From the NCBI RefSeq assembly GCF_004010195.1, contig NC_057754.1, positions 1,095,050 to 1,150,780 on the forward strand: a stretch of 55,731 nucleotides of DNA, given 5' to 3'. The stretch comes from Chiloscyllium plagiosum (lineage: Eukaryota). A program made the translations under genes and the position numbers. Positions 24,542 to 37,386 of the stretch are shown here, in pieces; position 1 is the stretch's first letter, and each line of letters opens with the position of its first letter. The notes beneath the pieces are model-generated. The model had not been told where the DNA came from. It did no database searches and worked only from the letters and a program-made list of their open reading frames with translations.

Positions 24542-24638
24542 CAAATGGCCACGTCAGATGGTCAGATCCAGCGGTCTGGCGGGACAGAGAGGCCCTTTGT
24601 CCTCACCAGGGGTTTCTTTGCTGGCTCCCAACGTTACG
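24542..24638 (+). CDS. GANAB: GANAB exon 16 (last GANAB exon visible; 3' exons absent from window)
   Basis: actttacag|CAA...TACG|gtgagt. Translates [32 protein letters not shown](G). Confidence 0.96.
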
Positions 24639-25341
24639 GTGAGTTCTTCCCCCTTCCCCCATCCCCAGTTCATTAAAGCCTTCGTGTACCTTGGTTAGAT
24701 TTGGAGTGCACTGTGTACGTATAGCCACAACATTGTTGCACCGATACAGGGGTTCTGCCTTGCCCCCAAACCTGCCCTGCCCTGCCCTGCCCTGCCTGCT
24801 GAGGGGATAGACAGAGCCAAGATCGAGGGATCTGAGGAGAATCTTTTATACCCTGGGGGATGATGGGGCTCTGGAATGTACCATGTGGGAGGATAGTTTA
24901 GGTGGGAATCCCCATCAATATCTGACATTCCCAAATAAATCCAGTGGGGACTTTGGGAGAAAGATTCCTGACCCCCACCAGAGAATGGGAAAAATGTGGA
25001 ACTAACTCCTGCAGGGAAGGCTCAAGGAGAGTCCTGAGGATTATGTTTAAGGCAGAAACTGGATAAACTGATGGGGGGAGAAAGAAATTGGGGTCAGGGT
25101 GAGGAATGAGATGGTGGGGAGTGCGGGGGATGCTCTGAAACACCAGGGATATCAGCCAATGGCTGAATGGCCTGCTTCTGTGCTGTGTAATCTCACCTGG
25201 TAATTGAAGGCATAGAGTCATACACCACGGACACAGACCCTACAGCCCAACTAGTCCATGCTGATCCTAACCCCAAACTAAACTAGTCCCAGCTGCCTGC
25301 TCCTGGCCCATATCTCCAACCCTTTCCCAGTCATGTCGCTT

Positions 25342-25841
25342 NNNNNNNNNNNNNNNNNNNNNNNNNNNNNNNNNNNNNNNNNNNNNNNNNNNNNNNNNNN
25401 NNNNNNNNNNNNNNNNNNNNNNNNNNNNNNNNNNNNNNNNNNNNNNNNNNNNNNNNNNNNNNNNNNNNNNNNNNNNNNNNNNNNNNNNNNNNNNNNNNNN
25501 NNNNNNNNNNNNNNNNNNNNNNNNNNNNNNNNNNNNNNNNNNNNNNNNNNNNNNNNNNNNNNNNNNNNNNNNNNNNNNNNNNNNNNNNNNNNNNNNNNNN
25601 NNNNNNNNNNNNNNNNNNNNNNNNNNNNNNNNNNNNNNNNNNNNNNNNNNNNNNNNNNNNNNNNNNNNNNNNNNNNNNNNNNNNNNNNNNNNNNNNNNNN
25701 NNNNNNNNNNNNNNNNNNNNNNNNNNNNNNNNNNNNNNNNNNNNNNNNNNNNNNNNNNNNNNNNNNNNNNNNNNNNNNNNNNNNNNNNNNNNNNNNNNNN
25801 NNNNNNNNNNNNNNNNNNNNNNNNNNNNNNNNNNNNNNNNN
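25342..25841. other. Assembly gap, exactly 500 N
   Basis: N run. The preceding contig ends inside a CR1-like tail. Confidence 0.98.
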
Positions 25842-28489
25842 CTCCGATTGGTCCCACCCACCCATCTCACACCCAGCCACCAGTGCTCCTTCCCCAGCTC
25901 CAGATCTGGTGAATGTATTCTGACCTACCATTTCTCTGATCTCCACTGCCTCCTTTTGAACCTGCTCCCACTGCACTTTCAGGCAGCGCATCCCAGATCA
26001 CAACAGCTCGCTGCCTCCTTTAAAACGTTCTCCTCAGAATCACAAAACACAGAGAAGGCCCTTCATCCTATTGAGCGTGTATCACCAAAACTACGCTATA
26101 TCTACAAGTGGCCTGAATGCTCTTCAATCTGTGTCCGTCTGGGGGTGGCTGACCTTCCTGCTGCTGGGAACAGGTTCACACTGACTTGCACCGATCCTGT
26201 TCAATCTCCTTTCACTTCCCCTCAGGTTGGTTCAGTGTGTGCGAGAGAGAGAGGACCCCCTGAATAATATTGGAGTTGAACTGACAGAAGAGGGGGGGAA
26301 CTGGGCACTGCAGAGACGTATGGTACAGTGCGCGTACAGAGAACACTGCCTTCTTGTTGCAGAAATGCCTCATTACAACAATATCCTCTGACCGCACAAG
26401 CTCACGATTCCTGTTCTCGGCTCCTGCTCCAGTTCCATTGCTGACCAGCCACGGCCCTTGTCAATATTACACATTCGCTCAAGCTGCACCTTCCTTCATA
26501 CTCGAGGGGAGACTGCAATGTGGAGGAGCAGCAGTCCAGGCTGCTCCAGAATTCCGGGTTTACGGCACCACCCTTGCTGCAAGAGCTACTGAATCTTCCC
26601 AACAATCCATTTGAAAAGCTCACAAAGAGCTCCTCCAGTCCAGGTCCAATCAGAAATGTGAGCTCACTGTGTCTTCCTCACAAACTCCTGCAGATCTGGT
26701 TCAGTAACACAGCCAGTTATGGGAATGCTGCTGGCTGTCCTGTAGGTTTCACCAAACCCCTCCCACGTTGGGCACATTGCAGCTTACAGAAACTCCACAA
26801 AATGTATGCCACAAAGCCTTGCACAGAATATTCAAGAGACTAGCATCAGACAGCACCGGAACAGTTAACCTGAAAACTTGCCCCAAACCAGGAAGTTAAG
26901 CTCAGTGCTTACATACACCTCTGCCCTTCCTGAGGCTGGGCACGTGGACGTGAGGAATCTTAGGAGACATCTATCTGTAAATTCAAACCTCAAAACGTCG
27001 TGCCCTTTCAAAGGGGGAGAAAAGTGGTAAAGCAGTACAGGATTAAGTTCAAAATCTTGCAAGAGACAATGACAAGTTAAATTTCAGGACTCATCTCACA
27101 GCATCTTCACACATTGTGGAGGAGAACACCCTCTGCATCTCACCTGGTTACTGGGTCCCATGCAGTAAGTTGATTGCATGGCCTAACATATACGGTCAAT
27201 CACCGACTGGGACACCCTTCCAACTAATCTCACTGCAGACACCTCTTCTCCTGGCTCAGTCTCTGTGCTAAGGCCAAGTGCAGCCTCAGACCCTGCACTA
27301 GCAAACAGTGATGAAGCAACGGTGGGGCATGTGCAGCTCAGTAGAACTAAGTGTTAAAGTGCTCTCATACTTTCAACACACCATGCCTCAGAATATTAGA
27401 AGGTTACACTCTGTAAAACGTGCAGCAAACCATTGGATGTGTTTGATATAATTACCCTGGGTGTCGTAGCTTTGAGCCAATGGATTCACTATGGACTGCA
27501 CTAGCCCATCTTTAAACTGAGCTCTGAGGGGGTCATTTCATCCGATTGGATCACACCCACTCTGGAAACCACACGGCATCGCAGGACAGTGCTCGCTCTG
27601 AATAACACATGTCACAGAACATGAAGACTCCCATTTTTAACATTAGGGCTGCAGCGATAACTTTGTATAGGGCTTAGTTATGGTGTGTCTGTGCGTGTGC
27701 CTGAGCAACAGATGCCAAGTGCAGCTGAACTGAACCCAGATCAAGGAAGATTGAAGAGGAGCAGCGTTTTACCACTGACTGACCCATTGTCACATTACCA
27801 GCTCAGGCCCAGCCAGGGAACGGATCACCCAGTGCTTCCATCCACCCCTTTTCAACAACCCAGGGAGCGGGAGAGCTGGCTTCTGCTGAGGCTAGCCCAC
27901 TAGGCGTACCTAGGGGCACCATGACAATCAGACAGTACCTTTGGAGTGAGGGCAAGGGGAGACAGCGGGGGAATAAAGACCAATGAGCAGACGGTGCTGG
28001 GGAAGCAATAAACTGACTCACAGCTTTCAGGACTAATGCTGTATGTCAGCCAGCAGCAAACACAGATTAGCAAGGGGCAGAAGCAAATGCATTAGTCCCA
28101 CCAAAGACAGATTAACAAGATGAAAAGTCAGAATAAAAAGGGACAAGCAAGTGGTAATGAACTAGCTGTGATGTGACAGCAGCAGGAACACCAAAAAGTT
28201 GGGCAGAATGAGCTGGGAGTGAAAACTAATGCAAAAGCTAAAGCAGTCAGCAAGCTCTAGGCTAGGAGCGGGGCACGGCCCTGTCTAGGTGGACATGTTA
28301 ACTTACACTCAATTCAAACAGGATGAAGAGTCAAAGTGTCAGGTCATGTAAAACACCTGCTCACCTCTTCTCCAGGTTATATCCTGTGGTTCCAGAGGCC
28401 ACCTCCTTTTACCTGTTAAAATTTAATAATTCAACACGGTGCCCCACAACAGTGTCAGATAAATCTCTCCGGTTAGTCGGAGGGAACAC

Positions 28490-28930
28490 AGGGGCCCGAG
28501 GGTTGGAGGGCCGAATGTGGCGTGTGCCTGTCTGTGTGCGCACATGCGTGTATTCGGGGAGTGGCCAGGGACAGTGGGTGTAGGTGCATGTATTTGGGGA
28601 GGGTGTCAAGTTCAGCTTGAGTGTGTTGGAGGGCCCATGTGTGACGTGTGCCTGTGTGCAGGTGCGTGCATTTGGGGAGGGGGCCAGGGACACCATGTAG
28701 GGGTGGGTGTGGGTGCGTGCATGTATTTGGGGAGGGGATTATGGACAGGGCATGCTGTGCGTTGGAGGGCCCTTGTGCGGAGTATGCGCACGCGCGCACA
28801 TGTACTTGGGGACAGGGCGTGCTGTGTATGTTGGAGGGCCGATGTGCAGTGTGTGTGTCTGTGCACGCGCACGTGTGTATTTGGGGATGGGGGTAAAGGA
28901 CAGCGTGTGAATGTGTGCACATGCATCAGT
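28490..28930. repeat. Degenerate GT-rich tandem repeat
   Basis: Recurring ttggagggcc and tgtatttgggga motifs, about 4 units. Confidence 0.7.
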
Positions 28931-29210
28931 CAGAGCTGGTGCAGGCAGAGTGTGAACACAGAAGGGGTACAGGCAGGCAGACTGGTGTCAGATGCTGTGT
29001 TCGTGGATATATAGATCCCTACCAAGCACATAGCATCTGTGGGGAGATGTCAGGCCGGTGACAGGCAGAGAGAAAAGCACCAGGGCTATGAGAGATTTAG
29101 GGAGGGATCGAAGGTGGTGATGATGGAGAAACAATTCAAAGTCTGAGAGAAGATTTGTAGCTCGGGTGCTCGTTGTTGTGGTTCTGTTCGCCGAGCTGGG
29201 AATTTGTGTT

Positions 29211-29250
29211 GCAGACGTTTCATCCCCTGTCTAGGTGACATCCTCAGTGC
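29211..29250 (-). ncRNA. Minimal type I hammerhead core (Penelope-type), sense to GANAB pre-mRNA
   Basis: Minus strand GCA-CTGAGGA-T-GTCACCT-AGAC-AGGGGAT-GAAAC-GTC-TGC. Stem I is GCA/TGC, and stem II closes with a G-U pair. Confidence 0.65.
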
Positions 29251-29527
29251 TTGGGAGCCTCCTGTGAAGCGCTTCTGTGATCTTTCCTCCGGCATTTATA
29301 GTGGTTTGAATCTGCCGCTTCCAGTTGTCAGTTCCAGCTGAGAACAGGCAGGGAATTCCTAGAGACATGGCACTCATCCACAGATTCAGTCAATAAGCAC
29401 ATCGACCTGGACCCAATATACCGGCCACTGCAGCGGACAGCTGGAACTGACAACCGGAAGCGGCAGATTTAAATCACTATAAATGCCGGAGGAAAGATCA
29501 CAGAAGCGCTTCACAGGAGGCTACCAA

Positions 29528-29567
29528 GCACTGAGGATGTCACCTAGACAGGGGACGAAACGTCTGC
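29528..29567 (+). ncRNA. Minimal type I hammerhead core (Penelope-type)
   Basis: GCA-CTGAGGA-T-GTCACCT-AGAC-AGGGGAC-GAAAC-GTC-TGC. All core nucleotides are present, with palindromic ACGT at loop III. Confidence 0.72.
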
Positions 29568-30755
29568 AACACAGATTCCCAACTCGGCGAACAGAGAAAC
29601 CAATGTAACAGGTTAGCGGTGCTCAACTTAGTGATGTTATGAACCAACCACTTGACTCGGTCCCTGGGACGGGATGGTGGAAACGTGATATCTCCCTTCC
29701 CAACAGCAATCCTACGGCCTCTCAGGACAGAGGGGAGGACGTTTACAACCTCGCTCACCTCATCGACTTCAACAGATCGACTCAGCAGGTACACTGCTGC
29801 ATCTGAACAGCCTCTCATGAGGTTGGGGAGATTAAACAGCCCCATTAGGATTGCTCTTGGTTAACAAAGGTCTCTCTCAAAGCCATCTTCTACAAAAGGC
29901 AGAAGCCAGGTTATTTTTGTAGAGAAAGCTGACATTCCAGGGCCAGCAGCAAACGCCAGAGACAGATTGGATTAGTCTGCATGGTGGCTCTCAACTCCGG
30001 AGTGGGGGGTGATCCTACAAAAAACTACAACCATCACTGTGACAAGGTCCCTGCAATTCATCACCCTACCTGAAAGAGGCACTCTGGTGTTCAAGTAAGC
30101 TTCTCCTGCCAAGTGAGAACATTACATGAATGAATGAATCTACAGAGACATGTCTAACCTGACTGCTCATCCTCCAACTCCAAGCATTCCACACTGGGCA
30201 GCCAGCAGACACCCACTGATGGTACTTTCAAACCAAAGTTTACAAGGGCATGTTCAAAGCTGCTCGAGGCTTTACTCAGTCCCTTCGCCATAAGCAAAAA
30301 GCCAGAACAGAAGCGTGCATGCACTGGTGATGAAGGGGATGCAACAGGTGCAGAGTTTAGCACAGCCAGGGAGGTACAAGGTTCAGGGTCGCTGTATCTC
30401 ATGAGCATCTCTACCACAGAATCCGCCTCACCTCCTGCCTGGGTCTGCTGTCGATTCTCTGATGAGAGAGAGATCACCGTGATCAGTTAATAACTCCACA
30501 GCAGGTTAGCAGGGGGCACCCTGAATAGAGTCTCTCATCGTGGAACACTGCACAGAGCAGTAGGAGTTAAGCTCGCTGGAGAAGTTTGGGATTGGATCGA
30601 TGTTTTATCCATTGATCAGGTCTATGTTTTCACATCAGTGTGGTGTGCAGAGAGATTCTGATCTCCCCTCTGCTTTAATATCGTTGCAACCCCAAGCATT
30701 AGTATCATTAGGTGCACAAACAGGACTAAAAAGACAGCGTTGGTGCAGCATTTAC

Positions 30756-30821
30756 CTAATGAACATGTTCTTGATTTTACTCCACATGCTACCGACTGTG
30801 CTACTAATTTTTTCCGTGTAA
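30756..30821 (-). CDS. GANAB: GANAB exon 6, 66-nt cassette-type exon
   Basis: ccaccccctcag|T...ATTAG|gtaaat, phase 2/2. Translates YTEKISSTVGSMWSKIKNMFI(S), matching the recalled mammalian alternatively spliced insert [22 protein letters not shown]. Confidence 0.9.
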
Positions 30822-31055
30822 CTGAGGGGGTGGAAGTTGCAAAGAGGTGGGAGGGGTGGGGAGAAACAAAATGGAATAAAATAACAAATAAAAAACAAAA
30901 TGAGTTTCAGTTGTGGTTGTTCAGACAGTAAAACACCAAGAGCTTATACAATTTTTACCAGCAGTCACACAACAAGGGAAGAAATCTGCCTATCTCCTGC
31001 ACACCACAGCTATTGGCACCCATCACACCCAACACTGAAAGCAGGGGAGCCAGAC

Positions 31056-34000
31056 AGAGAGAACGCGAGAGAACGCGAGAGAGGAGAGAGAGAACGCGAG
31101 AGAGGAGAGAGAGAACGGAGAGAGGAGGAGAGAGAACGCGAGAGAGGAGAGAGAGAACGCGAGAGAGGAGAGAGAGAACGCGAGAGAGGAGAGAGAGAAC
31201 GCGAGAGAGGAGAGAGAGAACGCGAGAGAGGAGAGAGAGAACGCGAGAGAGGAGAGAGAGAACGCGAGAGAGGAGAGAGAGAACGCGAGAGAGGAGAGAG
31301 AGAACGCGAGAGAGGAGAGAGAGAACGCGAGAGAGGAGAGAGAGAACGCGAGAGAGGAGAGAGAGAACGCGAGAGAGGAGAGAGAGAACGCGAGAGAGGA
31401 GAGAGAGAACGCGAGAGAGGAGAGAGAGAACGCGAGAGAGGAGAGAGAGAACGCGAGAGAGGAGAGAGAGAACGCGAGAGAGGAGAGAGAGAACGCGAGA
31501 GAGGAGAGAGAGAACGCGAGAGAGGAGAGAGAGAACGCGAGAGAGGAGAGAGAGAACGCGAGAGAGGAGAGAGAGAACGCGAGAGAGGAGAGAGAGAACG
31601 CGAGAGAGGAGAGAGAGAACGCGAGAGAGGAGAGAGAGAACGCGAGAGAGGAGAGAGAGAACGCGAGAGAGGAGAGAGAGAACGCGAGAGAGGAGAGAGA
31701 GAACGCGAGAGAGGAGAGAGAGAACGCGAGAGAGGAGAGAGAGAACGCGAGAGAGGAGAGAGAGAACGCGAGAGAGGAGAGAGAGAACGCGAGAGAGGAG
31801 AGAGAGAACGCGAGAGAGGAGAGAGAGAACGCGAGAGAGGAGAGAGAGAACGCGAGAGAGGAGAGAGAGAACGCGAGAGAGGAGAGAGAGAACGCGAGAG
31901 AGGAGAGAGAGAACGCGAGAGAGGAGAGAGAGAACGCGAGAGAGGAGAGAGAGAACGCGAGAGAGGAGAGAGAGAACGCGAGAGAGGAGAGAGAGAACGC
32001 GAGAGAGGAGAGAGAGAACGCGAGAGAGGAGAGAGAGAACGCGAGAGAGGAGAGAGAGAACGCGAGAGAGGAGAGAGAGAACGCGAGAGAGGAGAGAGAG
32101 AACGCGAGAGAGGAGAGAGAGAACGCGAGAGAGGAGAGAGAGAACGCGAGAGAGGAGAGAGAGAACGCGAGAGAGGAGAGAGAGAACGCGAGAGAGGAGA
32201 GAGAGAACGCGAGAGAGGAGAGAGAGAACGCGAGAGAGGAGAGAGAGAACGCGAGAGAGGAGAGAGAGAACGCGAGAGAGGAGAGAGAGAACGCGAGAGA
32301 GGAGAGAGAGAACGCGAGAGAGGAGAGAGAGAACGCGAGAGAGGAGAGAGAGAACGCGAGAGAGGAGAGAGAGAACGCGAGAGAGGAGAGAGAGAACGCG
32401 AGAGAGGAGAGAGAGAACGCGAGAGAGGAGAGAGAGAACGCGAGAGAGGAGAGAGAGAACGCGAGAGAGGAGAGAGAGAACGCGAGAGAGGAGAGAGAGA
32501 ACGCGAGAGAGGAGAGAGAGAACGCGAGAGAGGAGAGAGAGAACGCGAGAGAGGAGAGAGAGAACGCGAGAGAGGAGAGAGAGAACGCGAGAGAGGAGAG
32601 AGAGAACGCGAGAGAGGAGAGAGAGAACGCGAGAGAGGAGAGAGAGAACGCGAGAGAGGAGAGAGAGAACGCGAGAGAGGAGAGAGAGAACGCGAGAGAG
32701 GAGAGAGAGAACGCGAGAGAGGAGAGAGAGAACGCGAGAGAGGAGAGAGAGAACGCGAGAGAGGAGAGAGAGAACGCGAGAGAGGAGAGAGAGAACGCGA
32801 GAGAGGAGAGAGAGAACGCGAGAGAGGAGAGAGAGAACGCGAGAGAGGAGAGAGAGAACGCGAGAGAGGAGAGAGAGAACGCGAGAGAGGAGAGAGAGAA
32901 CGCGAGAGAGGAGAGAGAGAACGCGAGAGAGGAGAGAGAGAACGCGAGAGAGGAGAGAGAGAACGCGAGAGAGGAGAGAGAGAACGCGAGAGAGGAGAGA
33001 GAGAACGCGAGAGAGGAGAGAGAGAACGCGAGAGAGGAGAGAGAGAACGCGAGAGAGGAGAGAGAGAACGCGAGAGAGGAGAGAGAGAACGCGAGAGAGG
33101 AGAGAGAGAACGCGAGAGAGGAGAGAGAGAACGCGAGAGAGGAGAGAGAGAACGCGAGAGAGGAGAGAGAGAACGCGAGAGAGGAGAGAGAGAACGCGAG
33201 AGAGGAGAGAGAGAACGCGAGAGAGGAGAGAGAGAACGCGAGAGAGGAGAGAGAGAACGCGAGAGAGGAGAGAGAGAACGCGAGAGAGGAGAGAGAGAAC
33301 GCGAGAGAGGAGAGAGAGAACGCGAGAGAGGAGAGAGAGAACGCGAGAGAGGAGAGAGAGAACGCGAGAGAGGAGAGAGAGAACGCGAGAGAGGAGAGAG
33401 AGAACGCGAGAGAGGAGAGAGAGAACGCGAGAGAGGAGAGAGAGAACGCGAGAGAGGAGAGAGAGAACGCGAGAGAGGAGAGAGAGAACGCGAGAGAGGA
33501 GAGAGAGAACGCGAGAGAGGAGAGAGAGAACGCGAGAGAGGAGAGAGAGAACGCGAGAGAGGAGAGAGAGAACGCGAGAGAGGAGAGAGAGAACGCGAGA
33601 GAGGAGAGAGAGAACGCGAGAGAGGAGAGAGAGAACGCGAGAGAGGAGAGAGAGAACGCGAGAGAGGAGAGAGAGAACGCGAGAGAGGAGAGAGAGAACG
33701 CGAGAGAGGAGAGAGAGAACGCGAGAGAGGAGAGAGAGAACGCGAGAGAGGAGAGAGAGAACGCGAGAGAGGAGAGAGAGAACGCGAGAGAGGAGAGAGA
33801 GAACGCGAGAGAGGAGAGAGAGAACGCGAGAGAGGAGAGAGAGAACGCGAGAGAGGAGAGAGAGAACGCGAGAGAGGAGAGAGAGAACGCGAGAGAGGAG
33901 AGAGAGAACGCGAGAGAGGAGAGAGAGAACGCGAGAGAGGAGAGAGAGAACGCGAGAGAGGAGAGAGAGAACGCGAGAGAGGAGAGAGAGAACGCGAGAG

Positions 34001-34159
34001 AGGAGAGAGAGAACGCGAGAGAGGAGAGAGAGAACGCGAGAGAGGAGAGAGAGAACGCGAGAGAGGAGAGAGAGAACGCGAGAGAGGAGAGAGAGAACGC
34101 GAGAGAGGAGAGAGCGAGAGAGAGAAAGAGAGAACGCGAGAGAGAGAGAGAACGCGAGA
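31056..34159. repeat. ~3.1-kb 21-bp purine-rich minisatellite, ~145 copies, GANAB intron 5
   Basis: Unit GAGAGAACGCGAGAGAGGAGA, essentially invariant, with 7-aa periodicity in the ORF track. Confidence 0.98.
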
Positions 34160-34413
34160 CTCCCCAGCTCTAATGGTCAAACCAACTGGCAAACCATGAC
34201 ACTGGGACAGCTATGTAAAGGGAATGACTCACAAGGAGCTTGACAGGAAAGAGAGAACGCGAGAGAGAGAAAGAGAGAACGCGAGAGAGAGAAAGAGAGA
34301 ACGCGAGAGAGAGAGAGAACGCGAGACTCCCCAGCTCTAATGGTCAAACCAACTGGCAAACCATGACACTGGGACAGCTATGTAAAGGGAATGACTCACA
34401 AGGAGCTTGACAG
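34120..34413. repeat. Local tandem duplication, 167-bp period
   Basis: gactccccagctctaatgg...ggagcttgacag is identical at 34158-34246 and 34325-34413. Each copy is preceded by GA/ACGC repeats. Confidence 0.92.
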
Positions 34414-36224
34414 TTAAAACAGATCGCTGAAGCTGATTCCCCTCAGAGTGATGGGAGGGTCTCCAGGCAGCAGTAGTCCTCTGCTACCTGGCCCCAGTGA
34501 ATACATCAAATGGCTGATGACAGCAGGATCTCCAAACATCTCAGGCAAGTCCTCTCTGGGTCACATGTAACATCTGAGCTGTCCAGCAGGGAAGCCAGGA
34601 ATGCCATGCCTACTGCATACCCCAGGCTGCAGTCATTGGCTGATCATCAGTCCAGACTTGGGAATAAAGCCCAAGTAGGATATGAACAGATCTGATGACT
34701 GGGAAAACTGCAATAGCTGAAAGAGAGAGAAAGACCAGCAGACCCCTTCCCAATAACAAAACCACACACAGAAGACATTCAAAACACAACAAAATAGCAG
34801 AGCTATTTGGAGAAAAGTGGGTGAGAAAAATCCATCAATTGCATGGGGAACAGCCCTGCTTTTACATGGCAAACAAAGAGCTGCAAGGGAAACAGCAACA
34901 TCATGTATTTCTAGAATGTTATCAAACATCCCAAAGTGTTTCACAGAGTCAGGAGAAAACAGAGTCTCAGCTCCCTGGAGCATGAGAGTGATCAGCACAG
35001 GAGACCAAAAACCCGGAGATATCACAAGAGGATATTAAAAGAAGCGACAAGATCATGGGCGACTGCTTATTGCAGTAACAGTGGATCGGTGGCAGCGTCC
35101 CTACCTCAGGGTTAGAGGCCCAGGTTCAAGTCCAATTATCCCAAAGGTGTGCCATAACAATCACTGGACAGGTTAATTACAGGAAACTACAAAATGTGTT
35201 AGCAGTTTAGAGATCCCACCTGCCTGATACCTAAAACGGAAGATTATCTCACAAGGAAAGGTTGGATCTGTATCCATCAGAACTTGGGAGAATGAATGCA
35301 GTTCTTACTGAGAGACAGGACACCCTGAGGGGATTGACTTGGTGGATGCTGAGAGATGGCTTCTCCTCCTGGAGTAAGGGACATGCTTTCAAAAGGGGCT
35401 CCTCATTTAAGGTGAGATGTTGGAAGGATGTTCTTCACTCAGACGGGCTGTGGAACACACTCATCTCCTGGGAACAGTGGACTCAGGATCACTGAATATA
35501 CATTCAAGGCCAAGATAGATGGACAAAGGAAGGGAGTGTGTGTGATATATATGGGGGGGAAGCGGGAGAATCTGGTGCTGAGAGCACAATTAGATCAGCC
35601 ATGATTCAGCAGAACACGAGAGGGGCTGAATGGCCTCCCACCACTCCTATTTCATAGGCCACAAAAACCCAGATGGGACTGCAAGCTTCATGCTATAGAG
35701 GATGAGGGAATGTAGAGCTTGCCAGCTGCAATAATGGACTCACTAGGGCTGCTGCTTAGTCTGAACAAACAACCATGGGGCAGCTCTGACGGCAGAGAGT
35801 AGAGACTGCTCCCAGTAACTGTGGTGTCTAAAACAAGGGGAAAATGGATACAGGGCTAAAACGTAAGATATTTAAGAACAGAGGGTACAACCTGCTTTCG
35901 ACTGAGACAGGAGTCCACTCCCAGGTTGAGGTGGAAATACAGGCAAAAATCAACATTCAAGATGAGACCGGGCAAAGGAGAAAGGACCATGGAAGAGGGT
36001 GTTGACACAGATGAACACGGGCACCCATTGGCTGGACTGAATGACAAGACTAAAAGCAGCAATTTTAAAAAACAATTTATTCTCAAGATCGAGGCATCAG
36101 TGGCACGGCCAGTGTTTATGGCCCTTCCTGATTTGTCCCTTAAGGTGGTGGCAGTGAGCTGTCTACTTGAACAATCCCAGTCCATGAGGCAGAGATACAG
36201 GAAGTAATTGAGGTGGTCAGTCGG

Positions 36225-36640
36225 GTGTTAACCTTTGTTATGAGAAGTACTGAACACAAAAGGAAGATGTTGTCCTTCAGTAATACAAGGCATTAGTGAG
36301 ACCAGATCTCAAATACTGAGCAGCTTTCAAGGAAAGAAGGAACACATTGGAGTAAGTTCAGCGAAGGGTTACAAGACTGATGTCTGGAGTGGGTGGCTGG
36401 TATTATGAAGAAAGGTTAGACAGACTGGGCTTCAACATTAGAAACATGAGTTGGGGGCTGAGGTGGGGAGCCTTGATTAAAGTGCCCAAGACTCCAAATG
36501 GTTGGATATGGAAATAATGTTTCCTCGTGGCTCAGTCCAAGGCTAAGGGAGTAAGTTTTATCTGTAGGGATGGCTCTTTCAGGATAGAGATGAGGAGAAT
36601 TTTTTTCCTCTGCGTTGAGAGCGTTTGGAACTCTGCCTCA
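36225..36640 (+). mobile_element. Diverged CR1-type fragment
   Basis: tacaaggcattagtgagacca (YKALVRP), gttcagcgaagggttacaagactg and tatgaagaaaggttagacagactggg (YEERLDRL). Confidence 0.65.
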
Positions 36641-36699
36641 GAAGAGGGGGGACTTATAGATTTATTTTTAAAGACAGGAGTGGGCTGGGCTTTTAAAAC

Positions 36700-36845
36700 T
36701 ACAAATTCTGCAGAAACTCAGCAGGTCTGGCATCGTCCATGGAGACAAGAAACAGTCAACATTTCGAGCCTGATATGACTTCTTCAAAACTGAAGCATTA
36801 ACAGAGTTTCTGTAGCACTTTGTGTTTGTTTGAGGTCTCCAGCAT
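36700..36845 (-). mobile_element. Decayed hammerhead-type short element
   Basis: Minus strand TTGAAGAAGTCATATCAGGCTCGAAATGTTGAC followed by a gccagacctgctgagtttctgcag tail. The core is mutated. Confidence 0.45.
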
Positions 36846-37386
36846 TAAGAGTGTTTGGCTCAGTGAATACATTCTTGTTAAGAGAATCAAAGGTTATTAG
36901 TTTAAATGAGAATGTGGAATTGACCATGATCTTATTGAATAGCTGAGGGCTTTCTCTGCTCCTAATTTCTATGTTTGGAAGGTACAGTCAGAGGGCTATT
37001 ATGGAGGGTGTTCTAGATTCAGACCCAGCAACAGTGAAGGAACAACAATATGGTGCTGACTCAGGATGACATTCAACTTGGAGGGGAACAAGGGAGGAGT
37101 TACTAAAACAGTTAGGTAACAAGTTGGATAATGACAAGCCAATAAGAGACTCGCAGGAAGTTATAACTGAAACAGATGAAGACCTTGATAATAACTGCAC
37201 ATTCTATACCGCTGGGTCAAATAATTAATATTTTTACAGAAGCAGAAATAAAAGAAATCTGCAAGTATACATCCTTCATTTCGGTCAACTCAGGGACGAG
37301 AAAGAGGGACACTGGGAAATAGTTGGTGAATTTTTCACACCCTGGAGTTTTAATTCTGTAACTGAGACAGCTGAGTGAGTACTCAC

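Larger units (their letters stand above)
29140..29595. mobile_element. Penelope-like element remnant with inverted pseudo-LTRs
   Basis: 158-bp inverted arms at 29183-29340 and 29438-29595. The spacer translates RTGREFLETWHSSTDSVNKHIDLDPIYRPLQR, like the C-terminus of PLE GIY-YIG endonucleases (REFLEAWHS...IN). Each arm holds a hammerhead core. Confidence 0.8.

Noticed and set aside
28365..28412. Possible extra 48-nt GANAB exon (ttttaacag...gtgagc on -)
   Set aside because: In the required phase 2 it reads an immediate TAA and has no similarity to GANAB. A poison-exon role cannot be supported without RNA data.
30900..34243. >1000 aa ER/RE- and LS-rich ORFs
   Set aside because: They translate the 21-bp GA-rich array inside a GANAB intron and have no domain content.
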